A stretch of 64,000 nucleotides of DNA from Candidatus Poribacteria bacterium (GTDB lineage Bacteria > Poribacteria > WGA-4E > WGA-3G), in the NCBI GenBank assembly GCA_964291315.2, contig OZ219750.1, positions 96,001 through 160,000 of the forward strand, written 5' to 3'. The notes under the pieces were generated by a model. It made no database searches. It saw only the letters and a list, made by a program, of their open reading frames with translations, and was not told where the DNA came from. This document shows positions 1-10,123 of this stretch, in pieces (within the stretch, counting starts at the first letter, position 1; every line of letters begins with the position of its first letter). Position numbers and translations under genes: made by a program.

Positions 1-122
1 AGACACATCTTTTTCCGGGCAGTGAGGTGCCGCAAGCCGGCGGGTAGGGTCCGGTTGGATGAAAAGATGGCGGGCCGTCTATTGGTTCTGTGTGTGCAGC
101 CTCTAGGGGTTCGGTGTGGCAT

Positions 123-1313
123 TTAAAGGACTTCCGACATCGATTTCTCAACAATGCCTACAGCTTCCTCAACATGACCTGAGTTGATGTTCAGGGGTGG
201 TAAGAAACGAAGCACGTAATCGTTGGTGCATATTGTGATCAGTCCGTTTTCTATGCATTTCGCTGCGATCGGTTTGGCATCGATGTCCATGACCAAGCCG
301 CGGAGCAGGCCTTTACCCCGGATGTGCTTGATTGGATACTTGTCTTTGAGTTCTCTCAGTCCGCCAGCGAGGTAATTCCCCATTTTGATTGCGTTCACGG
401 TGAGGTTTTCGTCTAAGATGGTTTTGACGGTTGCTGCTGCTGCTGCGGTGACTAACGGGTTTCCGCCGAACGTTGCGGCGTGAGTGCCGGGCACGAGGCT
501 TTCTGCTATGTGCCGTTTCGCCAACATTGCGCCGATCGGTACTCCGCTGCCGAGTGCCTTTGCGATCGTAATTACATCAGGCACAACCCCGTAGCTTTGA
601 TACCCGAAGAGGGTTCCTAATCTTCCCATTGCCGTCTGTACTTCGTCGAAGATGAGTAAGAGGTTATGTTGGTTGCAGATTTCACGCAACCCTTGGAGGT
701 ACCCGTCGCTGGGCGTATTAACGCCGCCCTCGGACTGAATGGGTTCAACTAAAATAGCGCAGGTATTTGAGTTGACAGCGGTTTCGGTCGCCTCAAGATC
801 GTCGAAGGGAACGTATGTGAATCCTTCAAGCATCGGTTCAAACCCGGTGTGATATTTCGTCTGTGCAGTGGCGGTGATAGTTGCCATTGTCCGGCCATGG
901 AATGAATTTTCCATGGTGATGATTTCATAGGCATCTGTTCTGCCGGTGTTTTTGGTGTATATCCGTGCGATCTTAATAGCGGCTTCATTCGCTTCGGCCC
1001 CACTATTACAGAAGAAACACTGATCCATGTCGGAGTTGTCGATAAGCAGTTTTGCGAGTTCTGCTTGTGCTTGTATGTAATAGAGGTTAGAGGTGTGCAG
1101 GAGCTTACCTGCTTGTTCGCGGATGGCAGCAACAACCTTGGGGTGGCAATGCCCTAAGCCATTAACGGCGAGACCGCCGAGGAAGTCGAGGTATTTTTTA
1201 CCATCTGCGTCCCACAAGTAGGGTCCCTCGCCTTTAACGAAAGCTAAATTTCTGTCGCCGTAGGTATTGATGATATATTCAGTGGCCATCGCTTTGATTT
1301 CAGCGGTTGTCAT
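123..1313 (-). CDS. argD: Acetylornithine/succinyldiaminopimelate aminotransferase (class III PLP)
   Basis: Motifs FCNSGAEANEAAIK, SFHGRT, FDEVQTAMGR, AKALGSGVPIGA, HAATFGGNP; SD AAGGAG upstream. Confidence 0.93.
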   Translation of the reverse strand: MTTAEIKAMATEYIINTYGDRNLAFVKGEGPYLWDADGKKYLDFLGGLAVNGLGHCHPKVVAAIREQAGKLLHTSNLYYIQAQAELAKLLIDNSDMDQCFFCNSGAEANEAAIKIARIYTKNTGRTDAYEIITMENSFHGRTMATITATAQTKYHTGFEPMLEGFTYVPFDDLEATETAVNSNTCAILVEPIQSEGGVNTPSDGYLQGLREICNQHNLLLIFDEVQTAMGRLGTLFGYQSYGVVPDVITIAKALGSGVPIGAMLAKRHIAESLVPGTHAATFGGNPLVTAAAAATVKTILDENLTVNAIKMGNYLAGGLRELKDKYPIKHIRGKGLLRGLVMDIDAKPIAAKCIENGLITICTNDYVLRFLPPLNINSGHVEEAVGIVEKSMSEVL

Positions 1314-1469
1314 TTAATTTTCTCCTTTTCGGTTTACGATTATAGATAAGTAGTCAGCAAGCGACCTATAGATCGGTTACAGACGCTAATTGTTTGTATG
1401 CCACATCCTGAAGTTTACGGTTGCTGAGAGAGCCGATAGTTTCGGGTAGCCGTTCTGCTACTTTTTAGA

Positions 1470-2603
1470 TTACCAGTTAGTATAAGCACCGTCATCGCGT
1501 TGATAACCGTGCGGTGGTTCATATTTTTGTGTTGACACGTTAGTGAGTGCGTCCTCGTTGAACTCGATCCCGAGTCCGGGGCGTTCCGGGGGTAGGAGAT
1601 ACCCGGATTCAAAAGGTACTTGTACGGGGAAAACGTCGGTGAGTGAAGACATCGGGGTGCGCGGTAGTTCTTGCACGCCGACGAGCGGTGAGGCGAGGCA
1701 GAGGTGTAGGCATGCTGCAGCGGATACGGGGCCTAACGGGTTATGTGGTGCAATAGAGATGTAATGTGTTTCACACCAGCTGGTGATCTTACGTGCCTCC
1801 GTCAGTCCACCTGCGATGCACAGATCGACGCGGCAGTAGTCGATAAGGTCCTCCTCGATGACCTGGCGGAAGCTCCATTTGCTATCAAATTGCTCCCCCG
1901 CGGCAATTGGGACGGTGGTCTGCTGGCGGATCCGTCTGAGACTGGTGGGATTTTCACTGCGAAGCGGGTCCTCAATGAAAAACGGGTTGTAAGAGGCGAT
2001 CTTGTTGCAGAAATTGAGGCTATCAGCTGGATCGAGTCGTGTGTGCACGTCGACGAGTATTTCCACATCGTCGCCTAACGCTTTTCGGACAGCTTGCACC
2101 TGCTGGATGCCGTTTTTGATGGCGCGTTTGGGTTCAAATGTACCGGTGTCTGTGCCGTCAGCTAGGCCCCATCGGACGAACTTCCAACCGGCTGCGTGTG
2201 TATTTTTACAATTTTCAACCAGTGCGTCGATTGAGTTGCCGGCGTTATGTGGGTAGCAGACGACTTTATCCCTTGTGCGTCCGCCTAAGAGTTCATAGAC
2301 GGGAACGTTGAGAGCTTTTCCTTTGATGTCCCAGAGCGCGATATCTACGGCGCTGAGTGCTGCGGTTTGAACTACTCCGCCGGGGAAAAAACCGCCTCGG
2401 AACATCATTTGCCACAGATGTTCGATCCGGAACGGGTCTGCCCCGATAAGGAAGGGTTCAAACGAACGAATGACTTCGGCTAATGCAAGAGAACGGCGCC
2501 GGAGCCCGCCTTCGCCGACCCCGTAGATTCCGGTATCGGTTTCGACCTTCACAAAGAAATGGCTGTCGGCTGAAACAAAAGACTTTACATTCGTAATTTT
2601 CAT
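1470..2603 (-). CDS. Mandelate racemase/muconate lactonizing enzyme family (galactonate dehydratase-like)
   Basis: ALSAVDIALWDIKGK, VDVHTR, FIEDP, AAGEQ, APHNPLGP enolase-superfamily motifs. Confidence 0.88.
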   Translation of the reverse strand: MKITNVKSFVSADSHFFVKVETDTGIYGVGEGGLRRRSLALAEVIRSFEPFLIGADPFRIEHLWQMMFRGGFFPGGVVQTAALSAVDIALWDIKGKALNVPVYELLGGRTRDKVVCYPHNAGNSIDALVENCKNTHAAGWKFVRWGLADGTDTGTFEPKRAIKNGIQQVQAVRKALGDDVEILVDVHTRLDPADSLNFCNKIASYNPFFIEDPLRSENPTSLRRIRQQTTVPIAAGEQFDSKWSFRQVIEEDLIDYCRVDLCIAGGLTEARKITSWCETHYISIAPHNPLGPVSAAACLHLCLASPLVGVQELPRTPMSSLTDVFPVQVPFESGYLLPPERPGLGIEFNEDALTNVSTQKYEPPHGYQRDDGAYTNW

Positions 2604-2642
2604 TTTTTTTGTACCTCACATTTATCTAACGCAAAGGATACG

Positions 2643-3449
2643 CTAAACGGCATCCACTGTTGGTGTATTGTCTTGGCAGTGGACGGGTCGGAAGAGCGTT
2701 TGCCGTTTGAATGGCATCTCTTTGACGTGCTTAGGATGTGGTTGCCACTTGTGCCATTTGTTCCCGATAGTATTGTAGCAGTGGAAAATTGCCACTCGAT
2801 CTAGTGCTTCATTGGTCCATCTTGCGCCGGTATGTGTAATTGCCTCTGTGAAGATAAGCAGCGAGCCTGGTGGACATGTATAATCCTCCCACAGAGGAGA
2901 ATTGCGGTTGGCGGTTGATTTCGGTGCGGGGAATGCGCCTTTGTGGCTGCCAGTAAGAAACATCGTTCCGCCGCCGCCTTTATGAACGGGGTTGAGTTCC
3001 CAGACGACGCGAGTCAAGCCGCTATGTGCCTTGTTGTGGTGTAGATGATAGGTATGTGAATTGCCGGGGAAGTTAAGCATGCCCTGTCCGCCGTGTGGGC
3101 GGAAGTTGTCGTGCCCGTTCGGGCGAATGGTTAAGAACGTACCTTCGAGCCGGAAGCCGTAGCAATTATCGTTGGCATACCCGGATGTTAGAAACTCGTT
3201 CATAAATCCGAGTACGACTGGATGATCGGTCAGTCTCTCCAAGGGTCCGCCGATGGGGGAGCGATGGTGTTCATGGATCGATTCTGGGGCCTGTTTGAGT
3301 TGGTAACAGAATTGGCGCATCTCTTTGGCTTCTACATCGCTGAGTACAGCGGGGAGTAAGAGCCATCCGCGTGTATCAAAGAGAAACCGTTGCTCTTCAG
3401 TGAGCGGGGTTGGCGGTAGATTGTCAGCGTTTGTTGTAGGATTCGGCAT
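2643..3449 (-). CDS. Phytanoyl-CoA dioxygenase (PhyH) family protein
   Basis: LTEEQRFLFDTRGWL N-terminus, GGTMFLTGSHK, GSLLIFTEAITHTG; the usual HxD metal motif appears as PHGG. Confidence 0.8.
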   Translation of the reverse strand: MPNPTTNADNLPPTPLTEEQRFLFDTRGWLLLPAVLSDVEAKEMRQFCYQLKQAPESIHEHHRSPIGGPLERLTDHPVVLGFMNEFLTSGYANDNCYGFRLEGTFLTIRPNGHDNFRPHGGQGMLNFPGNSHTYHLHHNKAHSGLTRVVWELNPVHKGGGGTMFLTGSHKGAFPAPKSTANRNSPLWEDYTCPPGSLLIFTEAITHTGARWTNEALDRVAIFHCYNTIGNKWHKWQPHPKHVKEMPFKRQTLFRPVHCQDNTPTVDAV

Positions 3450-3483
3450 AGTTTTTCCTCTGTTGGTTTAAAGGCGTTGGGTT

Positions 3484-4647
3484 TCATTGATAGAGGCGTT
3501 TGTTTTCAAGAGCGAGCCAAGTGCCATAATCGCGGGGCATCTGTGCTATCTCGCCTAAGCCGGCTTCCGCCCGCCAATGCAATAGCGGATGCTCCCGATT
3601 TTTCTGCGGCAGATCGACTCGCCTGCCATAAACTGCCGATTCGAAGATAGCCATTAGAATCTCAATGACGTGGCGTCCTGCTTCGCCATTAGACTGGTGG
3701 TCTCGGTTTTCGTCTAGTGCATTCACGTAAGCGTCTACGAAGCAGTAATCGTCAGCGTCTGCTCCTGTCTCGGGGTCAAAATGTGTTGGGTAGATAGCTG
3801 TGAGTGGCTGCCACTGGTCGTTTATTCCATCTGGGACGAAATGCGGTGTGGGGAGCCACCATGCTCCTTTCAATTCCGACCACAGCAGTCTGCCTTCAGT
3901 GCCGTAGAGTTCCATGACATAAGCGTCGGTATCGACTTTTGGGAATCTGTGCTGCAGGAGGGTTCCGGTAACATTTCCTTCGAATTGGAGCGTTGCGGTG
4001 ACGTATTCGCCTGCGACTGTGCCCATGCCTGCGGGTGCAGGAAGCACATCTTCATGGTGGATGCTGCGTCCGCCGGTCGTTGCTTGTGTTATGACACTTC
4101 GGCACTTCTGGCCGAAACGGAGCATATTGTTGATGACATGTGTTCCGATGTTCATTAATCCGTAGCCGGCGTAGTAGCCTTTTCCGCTGGCGTAGATGTA
4201 GCGGAGTTCGCCGATTGTTCCGGCTTCGAAGACTTTCGCAATTGCCTGCATTGATGCCCCGGTGCGTCGTTGATGGTGTACGGCGACGCGAGCGTTCTTC
4301 TCTTTCGCCTTTGCTAGGAGGGCGTCTGCTTGGACGAGGTCGATGCAGAGCGGTTTTTCCACCTCGATGTTCACGCCGTGTTCGAGCACACGCATACAAA
4401 GAGGGTAGTGTGTCTCTGTTGCTGTGGAGATGGCGACAATATCGGGGTTGGTTCGTCGAATCATCTCGTCTAAATCGGTGAAGTGTGCTGAGGCGGGTAC
4501 GTTCAAGATGTCGCCGAGGGTCTTTAACCGGTCTTGAACGAGATCGCAGAGTGCCACGATTTGGGTGCGCGGGTGTGCGTGATACGCCTTTGCGGCAGAA
4601 GTGCCTCGGCTTCGGCATCCTAATATTGCGACGCGATAAGTTTTCAT
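3484..4647 (-). CDS. Gfo/Idh/MocA family oxidoreductase
   Basis: YRVAILGCRSRG Rossmann start, EKP motif, HHQRR; start moved to ATG 4647, which has an AGGAG SD. Confidence 0.88.
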   Translation of the reverse strand: MKTYRVAILGCRSRGTSAAKAYHAHPRTQIVALCDLVQDRLKTLGDILNVPASAHFTDLDEMIRRTNPDIVAISTATETHYPLCMRVLEHGVNIEVEKPLCIDLVQADALLAKAKEKNARVAVHHQRRTGASMQAIAKVFEAGTIGELRYIYASGKGYYAGYGLMNIGTHVINNMLRFGQKCRSVITQATTGGRSIHHEDVLPAPAGMGTVAGEYVTATLQFEGNVTGTLLQHRFPKVDTDAYVMELYGTEGRLLWSELKGAWWLPTPHFVPDGINDQWQPLTAIYPTHFDPETGADADDYCFVDAYVNALDENRDHQSNGEAGRHVIEILMAIFESAVYGRRVDLPQKNREHPLLHWRAEAGLGEIAQMPRDYGTWLALENKRLYQ

Positions 4648-4677
4648 GATGTCTCCTAATCTCGGAAACCTATGGAT

Positions 4678-4734
4678 GCACAATCTAACAGATTATGCTA
4701 CAAGAGCTATTGCACGACCTAACGGGTTATGCTA
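4678..4734. repeat. Two REP-like 24-bp units (GCACAAYCTAACRGRTTATGCTAC family)
   Basis: GCACAATCTAACAGATTATGCTAC 4678-4701 and GCACGACCTAACGGGTTATGCTA 4712-4734; on the minus strand GTAG followed by a hairpin. Confidence 0.75.
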
Positions 4735-4859
4735 ATAAGGTTGCCGTGCGTAAGTTTTAATCTTAATATATTTAGACTCCGTTGTCAAGTTTTTTCTCGG
4801 ATGGATAGTGCAAGCCGTATCTATAAACATTTCCGCATGTAGGATCGATTGCTCGTCTC

Positions 4860-5270
4860 TTAGGATTTGTCGGGGTTCTTTTTCAGGTTAGTTTTCGGTT
4901 TCCACTCGCGGATAATTTCGGTTTCTAACAAAACCGTTTCGTCAGCGTTTTCTGTAAATTGTACCGAAAATTGAATGATAGGTCGAAACAGCCGAATCTG
5001 TGAACTCAGCTCATCGTTCTGTGCATTTGTGGAGTGTTCTAACAATCGTCTGCGCACACAGGTTGTGGATTCTCCAACATAGAGACACTCGTTCCGGCCT
5101 TCAATCCCAGTTTTCCGCCATAACGCGTACACTCCACTGCGGCGAGTCGGCAGTTGTAGAATCTCCGCTCGTGTGAACGGGCGGAGGTTACGCTTGAGTC
5201 GATACCGCAGGATGTAAGGAGTAAGTGTGTCACACATGAAAGCAGCTCTAGATGTGTGCTGGTGCAGCAC
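4860..5270 (-). CDS. Small stand-alone GIY-YIG nuclease family protein
   Basis: SGVYALW...LYVGES...VRRRLLEH...LETEII...PKTN matches the GIY/YIG/R/E/N pattern; true start may be ATG 5237. Confidence 0.8.
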   Translation of the reverse strand: MLHQHTSRAAFMCDTLTPYILRYRLKRNLRPFTRAEILQLPTRRSGVYALWRKTGIEGRNECLYVGESTTCVRRRLLEHSTNAQNDELSSQIRLFRPIIQFSVQFTENADETVLLETEIIREWKPKTNLKKNPDKS

Positions 5271-5287
5271 TTAAAAAAATTCGCCTT

Positions 5288-5311
5288 GCACAACCTAACG
5301 GGTGGTGCTAC
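5288..5311. repeat. REP-like unit overlapping the DUF1156 stop codon
   Basis: GCACAACCTAACGGGTGGTGCTAC; its minus-strand GTAG supplies the TAG stop at 5308-5310. Confidence 0.7.
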
Positions 5312-8109
5312 GAACCTGAATTAAAATCCGCCTCTATCTGCTCAGGAGAGCCCATCGCTCGATAGATATACGTCCATTCCGTCACCAAGTAGTTATACTG
5401 CGACGCAGCCTCCGTATCGCCTAACGCCTCATAGTGGTTGTATAATATCAGGGCCAAACGTCTCGCTCCATCATAATCACGCATCAAGCGCGCAACCCGC
5501 GCGCAACCCTGAATACCACCGCTGAACTCACTGTGAGACAGATGCCAGGCCATCCGAAGACACCCCTCCCACGACGACATCTCTCGGCGCTCCTCGCGAT
5601 CCGCGTATTCCTCCGATCTCAACAGACGCACGCTGCCCGGAGACGACAGCAGCAGCGTGTCGTGCATCGCCTCGATATGAACGCCCTTCGCCTTTGAAAG
5701 TGCCTCGGCATCCCCAAAACTGCCCGCCGAGTAGCCGTGTTGCCGCAGCCAGGTCAGACAGAACTGCGTCTCTGGATCGAGTTGTCCCATCACCTTCTCG
5801 TGATAAGCGGTAATTGCGTTGTTGATGTGCAGCAGTGCCTCTCGTATGGAGACGACTTCGCCGCTCATGCGCGTCACGCTGCGATAGCGGGAGTAGATCT
5901 CCATGCCTGGGCCGATGGCGGCTTGTGCCAAGTCGACGGGTCTGATGTTTGCGATGCGGGTGAGCCGTTCGAGAGCAGCGGGCATCTCGTGTTCCAGGGC
6001 GCGTATGAAGGCGTTTCTGTCGCTGCGGGGTGCGTCCTCGGGACGCGGTCTGCACACCAACAAGATAGAGGATGCCAAAGCGTTCGTCACTGTCTTTAGA
6101 CCTGTAGTTCTCTCTGTGCGCAGGGGCCAGGTGGCGACGATCTGAAAGCCGGCGTTGATAGTTGCCTCCAGCATCGTCTCCCATCCGGTGGAGGTTTTTC
6201 CGCCTTGTTCTTTTTCCTGCTGTTTATAGGCGTAGAAAATAGACGCAGGGTATTCGTCTGAACAGTAGCGGCGCATCTGCCGAAACGACTTGCTGAGTAA
6301 GTCTTCAAAATGCTGTTTTGGGTTTTCAAACCGTGGAATGGCGGTTATTTCCTCTGCCTTTGGTGTTGTCATGCCGGCGAACAGTTCTGGATAGGTGTTG
6401 CGCAAGAGCGGTCTGAGCCAGACGTAGAAGAAGTCGGAGAGGTCTGCGAAGCCGATATTATCGTAGTAAGGGGGATCGGTGATGATAACGGGTGCATCTT
6501 GGACGTACTGTGTGGTGCACACATTTGCTTGGGACACCTCGCCGGGGTTTGCAGAGGCGGGCAGCTTCTCTACTACCTTTGCAACCCATTCTACTTGTGC
6601 TGTCCAATTCTGTGTAGATGTGGAAAAGGGATTGGCTTCAACGAAACCCCAAGTCATCGGAATCGCATGCCGTGAGAAGAGGGGTGGAATTGCTTCCGAT
6701 CCGTTTTCCCACCATGTAAAGCTGCACCCACTCTCCGCGGTCCTGCCGATAGCGACTGAGAGATAGGTGGAAACCGCATCGGCATACTGGTTTTCTGCTC
6801 CGTCCTCTCTCATGCGTTTGTGAACCTCTGACAATAGGTCAGAGAAGGTGTTGAGTGCTGTCAACTGCCGTTCTGTGAAAAGTTGGTGCCAGTTGGTGAA
6901 ACCGTAAAGCTGCGGACTTATGCTTATTCCCTGCGTCGGCAGCTTGCCTCTGGGTCTCCAACTCGGTTCAGCCGATTGGGCAACCTGAATATGAGCGGCA
7001 GTAGGAGATAGGAACACTTTTCTGCTGTCCCCCTCAGCGACTATTGCTGTCATTGTCTCTCCGATCTTGCCCGATTTCCCCTGCTCCCGGAGGTAAGGCA
7101 ACTTCGCAGCCGCACCGCAACCGCAACAATACGCACCCGTGCGCATCACCGTGGGGGCAGGCAACCCGGCAGCGTCGGTCTGCACCTGCCACGATATGCT
7201 ATTCGTCTCTCTGTCAACCACCGGCTTAATGTAGTGCTCATGTCCCTTCTTTTTCGACAACTGGAACGTCTTTATCAACGGTATCTGTAGACCGCAAGCG
7301 GGGTTAATACACAGCACCGTGCGCGCCCAGAGCCACGCAACCACAGTAGCTGAAGTGCCGTCGTGCAACTGCACCTTCGGATAGAGATGCCCAATCCGTT
7401 TGTATGCCTGCTCGCGCATCCAGGCACCATAGTAGCGGATGTCCGCTGCTAATCCCGCAGTGCCTCTCCAAGGCGCGCGAACCGTGCTTTTGCTATTGTT
7501 TGTGAACATGTGCATCGGATCCGCCTCTGGGTTGACCGGTTGCTGATCGTGGAACTTCGGTGGCAGTTCAATCATCGCCTTGTTCAGTAGCACCGGGAGC
7601 GGGTTCAGGTCGGAGCCTCGTGCGTTTAGTCCTAAGCGTTGTGCCTCAAGCGGAACCGAGCCGCCGCCACAGAAGGGATCGTAGACAGCGGGGGCATGTT
7701 GGCGCAGATACCGCAAAACCGCCTCTGGATTCTCTTTGTGCCGCTCACGAAACTCGGTGAGGTCTTCTCCGTTGTTGCGGGCAACGGAGAGGGCGATCTC
7801 ATAGCGTGCCTCTGCCAGCAGGTTCTCATTGTTGCTGTTCTGCCAGATGACAAGCCGTTTAATGATGTCGTAGAGTCGGTCGCGTTCGGCTCCCTGTTCA
7901 TCTTCGGTTGGAAATTCGTCCTCACATTCGGCGGGATCGTCGACGAAGCTGGCGAAGACAATGGCGCGGCAGGCGGCGATCGGTCGACGCGCCCAGTAGC
8001 GGTGCAACGTTGAGGGGTGTCCGTGTGTCAGCGCAGCATCCTTTGCAGATTCTATATTGATATCTTGGAGCGGTATATTGACTTCGATGAGTTTTTTGCG
8101 GTGCGTCAT
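5308..8109 (-). CDS. DUF1156-domain adenine-specific DNA methyltransferase with Zn ribbon
   Basis: N-terminal KKLIEV..PL...TLHRYWARRP; motif I VYDPFCGGGSVPLEA; motif IV ITDPPYYD; CINPAC and CCGC; WPLRTE. Confidence 0.9.
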   Translation of the reverse strand: MTHRKKLIEVNIPLQDINIESAKDAALTHGHPSTLHRYWARRPIAACRAIVFASFVDDPAECEDEFPTEDEQGAERDRLYDIIKRLVIWQNSNNENLLAEARYEIALSVARNNGEDLTEFRERHKENPEAVLRYLRQHAPAVYDPFCGGGSVPLEAQRLGLNARGSDLNPLPVLLNKAMIELPPKFHDQQPVNPEADPMHMFTNNSKSTVRAPWRGTAGLAADIRYYGAWMREQAYKRIGHLYPKVQLHDGTSATVVAWLWARTVLCINPACGLQIPLIKTFQLSKKKGHEHYIKPVVDRETNSISWQVQTDAAGLPAPTVMRTGAYCCGCGAAAKLPYLREQGKSGKIGETMTAIVAEGDSRKVFLSPTAAHIQVAQSAEPSWRPRGKLPTQGISISPQLYGFTNWHQLFTERQLTALNTFSDLLSEVHKRMREDGAENQYADAVSTYLSVAIGRTAESGCSFTWWENGSEAIPPLFSRHAIPMTWGFVEANPFSTSTQNWTAQVEWVAKVVEKLPASANPGEVSQANVCTTQYVQDAPVIITDPPYYDNIGFADLSDFFYVWLRPLLRNTYPELFAGMTTPKAEEITAIPRFENPKQHFEDLLSKSFRQMRRYCSDEYPASIFYAYKQQEKEQGGKTSTGWETMLEATINAGFQIVATWPLRTERTTGLKTVTNALASSILLVCRPRPEDAPRSDRNAFIRALEHEMPAALERLTRIANIRPVDLAQAAIGPGMEIYSRYRSVTRMSGEVVSIREALLHINNAITAYHEKVMGQLDPETQFCLTWLRQHGYSAGSFGDAEALSKAKGVHIEAMHDTLLLSSPGSVRLLRSEEYADREERREMSSWEGCLRMAWHLSHSEFSGGIQGCARVARLMRDYDGARRLALILYNHYEALGDTEAASQYNYLVTEWTYIYRAMGSPEQIEADFNSGS

Positions 8110-8383
8110 ACAACTTTATGTTTTGTAAGGATGCCCGGGGAACTAACGGGTGCCGGCTCGGAAATAGTGTGAATAATGTCTTAAAACGTTACACCAGTGT
8201 AACATTGCGCGTTGGGTGCTGATGTGCTGTAATCCTACGGACAGTGTGGGTTCTGATGCGTTAAACGTGAGCGTTCGGAAAAACGCGATTTAGCGAAAAG
8301 TGTAACATTTGCTCGATCCAACGAGTGATGCTACAACCCCCGGCGCACAGACTGGCAGGTTCTGCTGCAAAGGTACAGCGTAT

Positions 8384-8413
8384 ATTATACCACAAAACAT
8401 TTTGATATGTCAA
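8384..8413 (-). promoter_or_regulatory. Sigma70-type promoter for the DUF1156/GIY-YIG pair
   Basis: TTGACA-N18-TATAAT with TG extension on the minus strand. Confidence 0.65.
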
Positions 8414-8651
8414 GTCTTTTTGAAAAAAGAGGGTTGTTTTGTTATTGAATGCGTTTCACATGTAAGTTTAGGTCGCCTGACGAAGTAGGCAATGGATAGC
8501 GAGAAGGAGATCGGATCTAGTGTCTATTTGACCCTGTTGCCGGCATAGAACCCGAGGATCACTTAGATATAGCTGAGGATCTCTACAACCGTTCGGCAGG
8601 ACTCCAAAATCGACTTGCGGAAACTACATAGGGGCGGCGGTTGGAAATGCC

Positions 8652-10034
8652 CTATTCAATCCACTGCATCGTCTCCCGGAGTTTTTCCTTTGCCTTTGCA
8701 TAATCCCGGCGCGTCCGATAATAGATACGTTGAGCCTCTGTAAATTGAGCTTGCGCTTGAAACGCGTCGTTGTAGGTGAGTCCTCGATAGCCGGGGATTT
8801 CGACTGTGACTTCGTCAAGCACCCGTTCTATTGTGCGTAGTTGTTGCTCGAAAATTCTGACACGTTTTTCTTCGATTTCCATTCGTTCTTTCGCGTTCGC
8901 CACTTCACGGTAGGCACGGCGGACCGCTACACGAATTGACTTTGTTTTTTCCAAGTGTACAAGCTGCATTCGTTCCAATTCTGCGAGTTCTCGGGATCTG
9001 ATATTTTCTGTTCGGTTTCCGTCGTATAAGGGAATATTGAAGTTGAAGCGCACTGCCCATCCGTCTTGATTCCGCGGATTCGTCTCAAAGATGCTCGGTA
9101 CATCTCGTTCTCTGTCAAGTATTAGAGGATCATATACGGCTTTTGCGTCCCAGGTTTGGTTTCGCTCTTGTTTTTCTAGGAGTAGGCTGAGGTCTTTGTA
9201 GCGTGCTTCAGCGGAAAGTTCGGGGAATCGACTCCAGATGGTCTCTGCAGCGAGGCGTTCTTGCCGGATTATATCGCCTTGTAAGTCGCGTAGGTCGAGA
9301 CTATTTGCGAGGGCGAGTTCAACGGCAGCCTCAAGCGTCACATCGTCATCGGGAAGCGGTTGTGAAAGGATGACGCGTGCCAATGGATCGAGTCCGATGA
9401 GACTGATGAGTTCAGCGGTATCCACATCGAGCTGTCGCTGGAGCTCGTTGAGTGCGAGTTGTTGTTCTGAGAGTTCAAGTTCGGTGTTGAGTTGGCTAAG
9501 AAAAGGTATTCGTTTTTCTGCCTGCTTAATTTGGGTGCCTTTCAGTTTTTGCTCTAGTTCTGCTGCGATCGCTCCGCGTTCCTCAATTTCTTCTTGTGTA
9601 AGCGTAATATTATGCCAGAGGTTGCGGACATCGTAAACACTGTGTTTCTTTGCGCGTTCATATTCAATCTCGGCTTTCCGCACGTCTTCTTGTGCTGCAT
9701 CAAGCCCTTGGGGAATTTCTCCGAATTGTGCGAAGAGCATGCTGATCTGTGCGCGACTGAGATAGTCGGTATCCTCGATACTGCCCTCTTTTTGGCGTTG
9801 ATATTCGCCTGTCAGTCCTACTTGGGGGAGATATACGGCTTTAGAGATACGGAGGTTTGCCTTGGCGCGTTGGACAACCTTTTCTGCTTTTTTGACGTTT
9901 TCGTTATTTCGTAGAGCGAGTTCTATCGCTCGTGCGGGTTGAAGCGATACAAACCGCTGAGGTGAGACGGCCCCGGCACTGCTGATAGATAAACACACCA
10001 GAAGGGTCATCAATTTTTTGCTTATGTTTCTCAT
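8652..10034 (-). CDS. TolC-family outer membrane efflux/secretion protein
   Basis: Signal peptide; duplicated AIELALRNN / AVELALANS repeats, FNIPLYDG, long helical coiled-coil segments. Confidence 0.8.
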   Translation of the reverse strand: MRNISKKLMTLLVCLSISSAGAVSPQRFVSLQPARAIELALRNNENVKKAEKVVQRAKANLRISKAVYLPQVGLTGEYQRQKEGSIEDTDYLSRAQISMLFAQFGEIPQGLDAAQEDVRKAEIEYERAKKHSVYDVRNLWHNITLTQEEIEERGAIAAELEQKLKGTQIKQAEKRIPFLSQLNTELELSEQQLALNELQRQLDVDTAELISLIGLDPLARVILSQPLPDDDVTLEAAVELALANSLDLRDLQGDIIRQERLAAETIWSRFPELSAEARYKDLSLLLEKQERNQTWDAKAVYDPLILDRERDVPSIFETNPRNQDGWAVRFNFNIPLYDGNRTENIRSRELAELERMQLVHLEKTKSIRVAVRRAYREVANAKERMEIEEKRVRIFEQQLRTIERVLDEVTVEIPGYRGLTYNDAFQAQAQFTEAQRIYYRTRRDYAKAKEKLRETMQWIE

Positions 10035-10123
10035 TATTAGTTCTGTTTACGGTTCCCTATGATACTGGCAATAGGATGAATTTGTGTGAGTATCACGAAT
10101 TTAAAAACGCCAGTCGCCCTGCT

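Noticed and set aside
8460-8635. Possible gene remnant on the + strand (…GIEPEDHLDIAEDLYN…)
   Set aside because: Too short and interrupted to assign without a database search.
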